From: Candidatus Bathyarchaeota archaeon
GTDB taxonomy: Archaea > Thermoproteota > Bathyarchaeia > TCS64
Assembly (NCBI GenBank): GCA_043826455.1
Contig: JBDRQD010000017.1
Span: 1 to 10,864, forward strand
Direction: 5' to 3'
DNA length: 10,864 nucleotides
Numbering within the stretch: the first letter of the stretch is position 1; the number at the start of each line of letters is the position of its first letter. The notes under the pieces are model-generated. The model searched no databases. It was not told where the DNA came from and was given only the letters and a program-made list of their open reading frames with translations. A program made the position numbers and the translations under genes. Shown piece by piece: positions 1 through 7,058 of the stretch.

Positions 1-2
1 CT

Positions 3-2972
3 GCTAAAACTCAGGAGAGAGTAGCGTATTGCCTCTATAGAGCCTCGTATCAATCAGAAACAAGCGATGAGTTCACAGCCTCCCTGGAATCCGTCTCTCA
101 AAGCTACCGAAAAGCTGCTGAGATCTTCAGCAGACTCGACGACAAAACAACTAAGTTGAATGTTCTGTCAAACCAGTCAATGGGATATTTTTATAAATCA
201 TGGCTTATCGAGGACCCATCTGAAAGAAAAAAAGAGATTAAAAACTGTGTCGAGGGATTCAAAGCTGCGTTACAGGCTTGTGAAGAAACGAGAGACAACA
301 CAAGATATGGAAAGATATGCAATGATTTTCTTTCTATTCTGTATTCGTTATTTGAACTATCCTTCGATCATATCGAGGTCAAGGAGATCATCGAGACAGC
401 GCTTGACTATGGACTAAAAGCCATCGAGGCTTCAAAGAATAGAGATGATGTGTATGAGCTTACTAGATCTTACTACGTGTTAAGCTTGTTTCTGCCTGAT
501 AGGCCTATGGATGTTTTTGAATCAGTAACGAAACAGCAAGAATTTCTCCAACAGGGAATGGCTTATGCGGAAAAAGCCGTTGAGTTATCTGAGAAAGTCG
601 GAGACCCATATCTCATTGGGATGTCCTGTGGTGTATTAGGTCATTATCTACTTGAGGTTAAGGGTGATACCACGACTGCAATATCTCTAGCAAGAAAACA
701 ACTGGAAATTGGTGAAAAACTTAAAGATAGGCTTGTCTTAGCGCGAGCCAACGAATATCTATCATATTATTTAGGGACATGGGTGGCTGCTGATGAAGAG
801 GATCGAGATAAAATAAGAGAAGCCACAAATCAAGGACTGGCTTACGCTAATGAGGCGATTTCTAACTACAAGATTATCCTTAACCCAATTTTAACAGCTT
901 TTTTAGCTCGTAATGTATGCCCCCATTATATTTCTAGTCTCCAGACAGAATTAGAGCTTAAACGAAAATACGAGACTGATGCACTAGATGCCTCCTATCA
1001 AGATTTAGAGTATGCTCATAAATCTGGGTCTTTGATGGGCGAGATGTATATCTACCACATATTAGGCAGAACTTATCTCGAACTAGCTAAAATGGAGTTA
1101 GATGAGGTTGAGAAGAATCAATTATTTAACGAATCGATTCGAATCTGGGATAAATTCATTGATTTAGCAGAGATAGCTCAACCATACAGGTACTGGAATA
1201 TCTCAGTAGCTTATAATAAACTGATATATCTGAGAGGAGAACTTGCGAAGAGCGAGAAACACCTAGAAAAAAAGAAAGAGCTTCTATCAATAGCTACATC
1301 AGATATCAAAAAAAGCATAGACCTATTCAACACTCATATAAGCGCACATGATGTTATGGCTTACCGCGAAAACTTTGCCATAGCTCAGGTAATATTTGGC
1401 GAAGTTTCGTTCCAAATGCACTTGGTTTCCTTTGATAATAACTTCCTTGATAAGGCGGTTCAATACTTCGATGACGCCATAGAGACTTATAAAAAAGTCA
1501 ACATGCCTAGCAATATAGCTGAGATATTATGGAAAAAAGCATGGGCTTTTTATCAGATACGAAATTACTCAAATTCTGCCATAGAATTCGACAGCGCCTC
1601 AAGATACTACCTCTTGGCGGGTGAAAAATATCCTAACCACAAAGAGTTCTATGAAGATTATTGCAAATACATGGAATCTTGGGGACAGATATCACGTGCG
1701 ATGGACTACCACTCAAGGGATGAATATTTTCTCGAGAAAGAATACTTCGAGAGAGCAGTCCAGATACAGACATCGTCTGAACGTTGGAAATACCTTAGCC
1801 CTAATTACCTGGCATGGGCACGACTAGCTGAAGCAGAGAATCATAGCAGAAACGAGCAATGTGAAAAGGCAATAGAGTTATTCAAACAGTCATCCAATCT
1901 ATTCCTATCCGCGAAAGAATCAATTGGAGATAAACTACTCTCAATCGGTGTAACCAACGAAGCGAACATGGCAGCAGCTCTAAACACTGCCTCCGATCTG
2001 AGGAGAGATTACTGCATTGGTAGGGTAGCTGTTGAGGAAGGAAAGATCCTTGATAGGAGAGGAGAACATGAAGCTAGTTCTAGAAGATATGGAGATGCTG
2101 CCCAGATATTTGGGGGTATCCTTGATGCTATGGGTTCTGAATCTGAGCGAAGCGAGATCAGGCCTTTGCACACTCTTTGCCTGGCTTGGGAGAAAATGAA
2201 CAAGGCAGAGGCCGAAGCATCAGCCAGAATCTATTTAGAGGCATCGGTGCTGTTTGAGGTAGCCAAAGAGTATAGTCCTAATGAGAAGACTCGTCTGCTT
2301 ACGATGGGTCACTCGTGCTTCTGTAAGGCTTTAAGCGCTGGGATCAAGTATGAAGCCTCACGTGGAAAAGACCATCATCATGAACTTGTTACACAGATAG
2401 GTAGCGCTACCGACTTTTATGTGAGAGCTGGATACGACTCAGCGCTAGAATTCTCAAGAGCGACCCAGAGGCTCTTTGAAGCGTACCAGTACATGGATAA
2501 TGCACGAGTTGTCATAAACCCAAGCGAAAAGACAAGATACTATCTAATAGCTGAGACTCTACTAGTGGAATCAGCAGACGCGTTTTCAAAGGCCAAACAC
2601 AATGCAAAGAGAGATGAAGTGGCTCGACTTCTCGATAACTTAAAGCAGGATAAGGAACTCGCTTTCTCATTAAGTAAAATATTGGATACTCCTGAGATAT
2701 CTTCAACTACTAATAGTTTCAGGGTTCCAACCCCAAGCCACGAATATCCTGTAGGCCTAGAAACTTTTGAACACGCAGACATACAAGCAAAGATCTTCCT
2801 AGAAACAACGAATATTACCAGTGGAGATGAATTCGAAATAGACATCGAATTATTCAACACAGGGAAGGGTGCTGCTTCAATAATAAAAATCGAGGGCCTG
2901 CTCCCTGATAGTTTTCGGGTTACTAAAATATCTAGATATTTTGGTGTCTTAGATAATGTAATTGATTTATAG
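3..2972 (+). CDS. Large TPR-like/alpha-solenoid repeat protein, 5'-partial, ending at a probably premature TAG
   Basis: The frame is open from base 3 (AKTQERVAYCLYRASYQSETSDEF...), so the TTG at 156 is not the true start. Repeated TPR-like helices (AYAEKAVELSEKVGD, AVQYFDDAIETYKK, AIELFKQSSNLF) are followed by an S/T/P-rich linker and a beta-strand-rich segment (GDEFEIDIELFNTGKGAASIIKIEGLLPDSF). Confidence 0.85.
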   Translation, partial: AKTQERVAYCLYRASYQSETSDEFTASLESVSQSYRKAAEIFSRLDDKTTKLNVLSNQSMGYFYKSWLIEDPSERKKEIKNCVEGFKAALQACEETRDNTRYGKICNDFLSILYSLFELSFDHIEVKEIIETALDYGLKAIEASKNRDDVYELTRSYYVLSLFLPDRPMDVFESVTKQQEFLQQGMAYAEKAVELSEKVGDPYLIGMSCGVLGHYLLEVKGDTTTAISLARKQLEIGEKLKDRLVLARANEYLSYYLGTWVAADEEDRDKIREATNQGLAYANEAISNYKIILNPILTAFLARNVCPHYISSLQTELELKRKYETDALDASYQDLEYAHKSGSLMGEMYIYHILGRTYLELAKMELDEVEKNQLFNESIRIWDKFIDLAEIAQPYRYWNISVAYNKLIYLRGELAKSEKHLEKKKELLSIATSDIKKSIDLFNTHISAHDVMAYRENFAIAQVIFGEVSFQMHLVSFDNNFLDKAVQYFDDAIETYKKVNMPSNIAEILWKKAWAFYQIRNYSNSAIEFDSASRYYLLAGEKYPNHKEFYEDYCKYMESWGQISRAMDYHSRDEYFLEKEYFERAVQIQTSSERWKYLSPNYLAWARLAEAENHSRNEQCEKAIELFKQSSNLFLSAKESIGDKLLSIGVTNEANMAAALNTASDLRRDYCIGRVAVEEGKILDRRGEHEASSRRYGDAAQIFGGILDAMGSESERSEIRPLHTLCLAWEKMNKAEAEASARIYLEASVLFEVAKEYSPNEKTRLLTMGHSCFCKALSAGIKYEASRGKDHHHELVTQIGSATDFYVRAGYDSALEFSRATQRLFEAYQYMDNARVVINPSEKTRYYLIAETLLVESADAFSKAKHNAKRDEVARLLDNLKQDKELAFSLSKILDTPEISSTTNSFRVPTPSHEYPVGLETFEHADIQAKIFLETTNITSGDEFEIDIELFNTGKGAASIIKIEGLLPDSFRVTKISRYFGVLDNVIDL

Positions 2973-3173
2973 GTTATAAAGGTGAACTCTCTAAGCTCTT
3001 TTGATATCACCATAAGGGTGAAAGCCTTAGAAAAGGGTGATTATACCCTCAAACCTCAGATAACATTCCTTGATGATACTGGAGTATCCAGGAATGTAAT
3101 GATAAACCCTGCTTCGATTAATGTATATGAGATGGGGATTCTTGGATGGTTACGCGGAGCCCTTCCATCATGA
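2973..3173 (+). pseudogene. In-frame C-terminal continuation of the TPR protein beyond the TAG (remaining Ig-like strands plus an amphipathic tail)
   Basis: Same frame as 3..2972: GAT TTA TAG GTT ATA AAG GTG AAC, then 66 sense codons to TGA 3171-3173. The alternating beta pattern continues (DITIRVKALEKGDYTLKPQITFLDDTG). Confidence 0.7.
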
Positions 3174-3312
3174 GCCAATAGCACTAATTCCCAACGATTT
3201 CATTGATGATATGGTAAATTTGTGCCCCTTTTTATCATGCGCACCTCGAATATCTTTTAACGAACAGTAAATTACTTAAGTTATGGGAGTAACCTGCACC
3301 AGGTTCTTCCTT

Positions 3313-3333
3313 TTAACAGTCATTGACTGTTAA
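3313..3333. promoter_or_regulatory. Perfect 21-bp inverted repeat TTAACAGTCA-T-TGACTGTTAA (candidate protein-binding site)
   Basis: The 10-bp arms are exact reverse complements. Intergenic location. Function is inferred. Confidence 0.45.
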
Positions 3334-3542
3334 TGGTTCTTTTCTAGAAGGTCTATGTGGTCTATGTTTTTGATTTGTTTGATCTCCTCAGCTTTTTCAG
3401 TATAGATGAAGGCGAGGTACTGTTTGAGGGTTGAGAATTGGTTTAATGGTGTCTTGTAGAGCTTGAGGTAATGATTTATTGTGAAGTATTCACTTATTTT
3501 GTTAGCCTCATGTATATGTATATGTTTGCCTATACATGTAAT
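3330..3542 (-). pseudogene. Start-less 70-codon open frame, possible gene remnant
   Basis: The minus strand reads ITCIGKHIHIHEANKISEYFTINHYLKLYKTPLNQFSTLKQYLAFIYTEKAEEIKQIKNIDHIDLLEKNH*. It is bounded by TAA on both sides, has no ATG/GTG/TTG start, and has many C/G-ending codons in an AT-rich spacer. Confidence 0.35.
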
Positions 3543-3576
3543 TTATCATGGTCACAGGAAAATCATGTTATTAATC

Positions 3577-3584
3577 TTTAAATA
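3577..3584 (+). promoter_or_regulatory. Candidate archaeal TATA box (TTTAAATA) for the zinc-finger gene
   Basis: Consensus-like TATA about 32 nt upstream of ATG 3616. Confidence 0.55.
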
Positions 3585-3615
3585 AGACAGCCGAGGGATA
3601 CTGTGTGGTTACGAA

Positions 3616-3777
3616 ATGGCATCATGCATAAGCTGCGGACGAAAGGTCACCCCCGAGGAGAAGGCCGTCAAGTTCCTGTGCCCCAGCTGCGGAGCCGTCA
3701 CCCTCTGGCGGTGCGAGAAGTGCAGGCTCTTCGGAAGGAACTACAAGTGCCCCGGCTGCGGTTTCACCGGACCATAG
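3616..3777 (+). CDS. Small zinc-finger protein, HVO_2753-like / DUF1610 family (53 aa; absent from the ORF track)
   Basis: MASCISCGRKVTPEEKAVKFLCPSCGAVTLWRCEKCRLFGRNYKCPGCGFTGP*. Four CxxC motifs and the family-typical CPxCGFxGP C-terminus. Confidence 0.93.
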   Translation: MASCISCGRKVTPEEKAVKFLCPSCGAVTLWRCEKCRLFGRNYKCPGCGFTGP

Positions 3778-3838
3778 ACGCTGAGCTTTATCCATACTGC
3801 ACCGGATTCAACGTATCTTCTAACAAGGTGCAGACAGG

Positions 3839-3949
3839 GTGGTTGACATAGACTCTGTGAAGCTCCTTACCATCGATGAGGTGGAGGAGACGCACGTCAA
3901 GCTTGGTCCCGCAGCCGAGATCCACAGAGCCAGGGTAACACTTCAATAG
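3839..3949 (+). CDS. Putative 36-aa small protein or gene remnant
   Basis: GTG start with SD-like AGGTG at 3826-3830. Reads MVDIDSVKLLTIDEVEETHVKLGPAAEIHRARVTLQ* with host-like G/C-ending codons. Confidence 0.3.
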   Translation: MVDIDSVKLLTIDEVEETHVKLGPAAEIHRARVTLQ

Positions 3950-3970
3950 CCCTGGAGCGTTTTCTCCACC

Positions 3971-4564
3971 ATGAGCCGGGAAGGGTACACCCCAAGGGAC
4001 CTGGCGGTCTACGCCGCGGCCTTCATCTTCTTCTACGCGCTCTTCCTTTGGGTGCCTAGCCGGTGGGCTGAGCTGCTCACGGCCCAGTCCAGTTCAGCGG
4101 TGATGAACGCCCTGGGCATGACCTCATCCTATGGACTAGAAGGGAGCCTAGTCTCCCTGTCCCTGACCAGCGGTGTCCGCCAGGTCCACGTCTACATAAT
4201 CCGGGAGTGCAGCGCCATCCACGTCCTGGGCGTCATCCTCGGCCTCATGGTGCCTCTGAAGGCCCCGTGGAGCCGGAAAGCCTCTGGCATTATCCTGGGC
4301 TCCGCCCTCATATACGCCATGAACGTATGCCGCGTAATCCTCACAGTCGCCCTCACAGGCTACGACGTACCCCCATTCACCTGGTTCATAACCAGCCCAA
4401 CGGTGGAGACCTACCACTACCCCATCAGCTTCCTCTTCGGCGTCATAGGCATAGCGGCCACCATCCTGGCCGTGGACAGGCTGGTGCTGCCCGAGCTGGG
4501 AGACTTCCTGGCCCAGCTACCCGACACCCTAACCTCAGCCCTGAGAAAACTGAGAAACAGTTAG
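3971..4564 (+). CDS. Archaeosortase/exosortase-family integral membrane protein
   Basis: Multiple hydrophobic segments. Catalytic-triad-like Cys (IIRECSAI), Arg (MNVCRV) and His (TYHYP) occur in the order typical of exosortases/archaeosortases. Confidence 0.8.
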   Translation: MSREGYTPRDLAVYAAAFIFFYALFLWVPSRWAELLTAQSSSAVMNALGMTSSYGLEGSLVSLSLTSGVRQVHVYIIRECSAIHVLGVILGLMVPLKAPWSRKASGIILGSALIYAMNVCRVILTVALTGYDVPPFTWFITSPTVETYHYPISFLFGVIGIAATILAVDRLVLPELGDFLAQLPDTLTSALRKLRNS

Positions 4565-4723
4565 CCAAATGCAACCTAAAAAATATCACGTTCTTCCACG
4601 CAGCTGTCATCAACCCCCTAAATCACCAAATTACAAGCCACATGTAACAAACCACGGAGCCCGAGCCCCCCCAACACAATTCCCAGCCACTAGGAACAAA
4701 CTCCTAGAAGCCCGGAGAAGCCT

Positions 4724-5098
4724 CTACTTGAGGAGAGGCAGGCTACCCGTCACCTTGTCCACCCGCTGAGCCTGATCCGGGCCCAACCCGAGGCAGGTGG
4801 TAGTACCCGGAGCCACCTCCGTATGCCCGGCGTCCTGGATCAACACATACACAATGTCCAGCTGCTCCGCCTTCCTCACCAGCTCCCGCAGCTCCTCGAA
4901 GCTCTCAGCCTCCACAGCCACCTTCTTGGCCCCCTCATCCCTCCACCGAGCCCACTGCTTACTATGCGTCTTCTTAGCCTGCTCACTGCAAGCCACAGCC
5001 GCGTGACAAGCCTGAGCAATCATCTTACCCACACTCATCCCCAGGTCCGTGCGCACCACGACGACCATCTTGTAATCGAAGGGACTCTCCCTAGCCAA
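4724..5098 (-). CDS. pth2: Peptidyl-tRNA hydrolase Pth2 (archaeal/eukaryotic type)
   Basis: YKMVVVVRTDLGMSVGKMIAQACHAA, DAGHTEVAPGTTTCLGLGP and VDKVTGSLPLL. The TTG start directly follows the aspS stop. Confidence 0.96.
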   Translation of the reverse strand: MARESPFDYKMVVVVRTDLGMSVGKMIAQACHAAVACSEQAKKTHSKQWARWRDEGAKKVAVEAESFEELRELVRKAEQLDIVYVLIQDAGHTEVAPGTTTCLGLGPDQAQRVDKVTGSLPLLK

Positions 5099-6451
5099 CT
5101 AGGGCACCAGCCTATCCCGGTCCCGGGGAAACATGCAGCACTCCCGGATGTTCTGCATCCCCGTCACCGTCATGGTAAGCCTCTCCATGCCTATGCTCCA
5201 CCCCGCGTGGGGCGGCGCACCGTACCGGAACGCGCTGACGTAGTACTCGAAGTTCTCCGGGTTAAGCCCCTTGTACCTGATCCTCTCCTTCAGAAGCTCA
5301 GGCAGGTGGATGCGCTGGGTGCCGCTGCTGACCTCTATGCCGCTGTACAGGCAGTCGAAGGCTTTGACTATCTTATCACCGATATCCACCGAGCCGTACG
5401 TCCCCTCCAGGTACCGTGCGTCCAGCTCACTCTCCTTATTGTAGGGCATGGCGTAGAACGCCTTCTGGGCCCCAGGCCAGTCCTTCAGGAAGAAGGCCTC
5501 CGCCCCCACCAGCCCAGTGAGCAGCCGCTCCTGACCCTTAGTGAAGTCGTCACCCCACACTATGCCCTCACCCTCCCCCTGAAGCAGCTCGATGGCCTCC
5601 GTGTAGGTGACTCGCCTCAGCGGCAGCTCAGGCACCCTCAGCTCGCGGCCCAGGAGCCTCAGCTGATCGCCGTGCTTCTCCTTCACCGCCGTCAACATGA
5701 AGGCCAACACCTGCTCCAGCACCGCCATCACCGTCTCGTCGTCCGCGAAGGCCTGCTCTATGTCCATCTGCCGGACCTCGTTCAGGTGCGTCGGCGTGTT
5801 GAACTTCTCCGCCCTCCAAATCGGGGTGATGGTGAACACCTTCTCGAAGCTGATGGCACACATCTGCTTGTACAACTGCGGGCTCTGAGCCAGGTAAGCC
5901 ATCTTCTCGAAGTAGGGGATGGCGAAGAGGTCCGCGCCTCCCTCGGAGGCCGAGCCTATGACGCAGGGCGGCTGAAACTCCATGTATCCCCGGCCGCTCA
6001 GCCAGTCCCTGAATGCCGTAATCAGCCCGTTTTGGACCCTAAAGATGGCGTTGGTGGTAGGCGCCCTGAAGTCCAGGAACCTCCAGTTGAGCCTCGTCTC
6101 CAGGTCGCTCTTCACGTTCTCTAGGATGTCCACCGGCAGCGGCTGCTCAGAGCGGTTAATGACCTCGATGCTCTCTGCCACGAACTCCAGCCCAGCGTTA
6201 GCCACCTTGCTCTCCACAGGGTACCCGGTGACGGCCACCACGTCCTCACGGCCCAGGCTAAGACCGAACAGCTCGGACTGATCCTGCTTGACCACCACCT
6301 GTATCTCCCCCGTCATATCCCTCAGCACAATGAACCGTATGTTCTTCAGGTCCCTGGTGCGGCTCACCCACCCAGCCAGGGTGATGGTCTCACCTAGGCG
6401 GGTACTGGCCTCATCAATGTAAGTGCGGTCCAACATGGCTTGCCCCAGCAT
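5099..6451 (-). CDS. aspS: Aspartate--tRNA ligase, archaeal type (class IIb)
   Basis: N-terminal OB fold (AGWV..RD, FIVLRD), LAQSPQLYKQ (Asp-type), motif 2 WRAEKFNTPTHLNE, motif 3 PPHAGWSIGMERL and C-terminal FPRDRDRLVP. An alternative ATG start lies at 6436. Confidence 0.93.
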   Translation of the reverse strand: MLGQAMLDRTYIDEASTRLGETITLAGWVSRTRDLKNIRFIVLRDMTGEIQVVVKQDQSELFGLSLGREDVVAVTGYPVESKVANAGLEFVAESIEVINRSEQPLPVDILENVKSDLETRLNWRFLDFRAPTTNAIFRVQNGLITAFRDWLSGRGYMEFQPPCVIGSASEGGADLFAIPYFEKMAYLAQSPQLYKQMCAISFEKVFTITPIWRAEKFNTPTHLNEVRQMDIEQAFADDETVMAVLEQVLAFMLTAVKEKHGDQLRLLGRELRVPELPLRRVTYTEAIELLQGEGEGIVWGDDFTKGQERLLTGLVGAEAFFLKDWPGAQKAFYAMPYNKESELDARYLEGTYGSVDIGDKIVKAFDCLYSGIEVSSGTQRIHLPELLKERIRYKGLNPENFEYYVSAFRYGAPPHAGWSIGMERLTMTVTGMQNIRECCMFPRDRDRLVP

Positions 6452-6475
6452 GTACGAGCCTAGAACGATGTTGGC

Positions 6476-6483
6476 TATAAAAA
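6476..6483 (-). promoter_or_regulatory. Candidate TATA box (TTTTTATA) for aspS-pth2
   Basis: Lies about 25 nt upstream of ATG 6451, consistent with a leaderless transcript. Confidence 0.55.
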
Positions 6484-6492
6484 GTTTGGCGG

Positions 6493-7002
6493 CTAGTAGG
6501 CGTACTCCACCCTGAGATCCATGTTACGGACCTTCTTGGCCACGGATGTGAGCGCCTGTATCCGCTTCTTGCTGAGGCGTCTGGTACCCCTGCCCTGCAG
6601 CACCACCCGTGTCTCGGTGCTGCCGTCGGGTAGCCATATTATGTTTATGGTGACTATGTGCTGGCTGACGAATAGGTCCTCCAGGAACTTGCGGTCCTTG
6701 GTCCCCGTCTCTATCACGAGGACGCGTTTACCGAACTTGTCCCCCAGGTCCCGAACCAGCTTGGGGGCAGAGTTGAACTTGGCGCTGTCCCCCTTACCGA
6801 CCACCAGGACCAGGAAACCCCCGGCATCCAGCACGTTCTCGAGCCTAGTCTTCTGCAGGAACTGGTTCTGGTTCTCCATGCTCAGCAGAGTCTTGGCTAC
6901 TTCCATATATTGTTCGCTGACTTCCCCTGACTGCACCTTGGCCTGACACTTCGAGCATAGCATCCCGCTCTTCAGACAGAACTCACATAGCTGTATCTGC
7001 AC
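6493..7002 (-). CDS. Archaeal NusA-like protein with N-terminal zinc finger (PRK06418-type)
   Basis: N-terminal CEFCLKSGMLCSKCQAKVQSGEV, KH-like core, INIIWLPDGSTETRV. GTG start with a GGAGG SD upstream. Confidence 0.85.
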   Translation of the reverse strand: MQIQLCEFCLKSGMLCSKCQAKVQSGEVSEQYMEVAKTLLSMENQNQFLQKTRLENVLDAGGFLVLVVGKGDSAKFNSAPKLVRDLGDKFGKRVLVIETGTKDRKFLEDLFVSQHIVTINIIWLPDGSTETRVVLQGRGTRRLSKKRIQALTSVAKKVRNMDLRVEYAY

Positions 7003-7058
7003 GTCGATGGGTCCTCCGGCGCGTCGGAGGGGTCATCAGGAGACTCTACACGTTTCGT

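Noticed and set aside
156..158. TTG as the start of the TPR protein
   Set aside because: The frame is open and protein-like back to base 3, so the gene starts upstream of the window.
2512..3013. Minus-strand ORFs 2540..3013 and 2512..2706
   Set aside because: Antisense to the TPR gene, Ser-rich shadow composition, no motifs.
3266..3305. Short palindromes AGTAA-A-TTACT and AACCTG-CAC-CAGGTT as a dif/att site
   Set aside because: Arms of 5-6 bp are expected by chance and lack the 11-6-11 dif architecture.
3603..3851. 82-aa ORF from the track
   Set aside because: Off-frame shadow of the DUF1610 zinc-finger gene at 3616..3777.
4565..4723. Intergenic A/C-skewed region with TTGATGA on the minus strand and a CTAGGA/TCCTAG repeat, as a possible C/D box sRNA or the 66-aa ORF
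   Set aside because: The C box is imperfect with no matching CUGA D box, and the ORF is not protein-like. It is best read as a convergent termination zone (T6 on the minus strand at 4578-4583).
4823..6124. 433-aa plus-strand ORF
   Set aside because: Antisense shadow of aspS/pth2 in GC-rich DNA, with no recognisable motifs.
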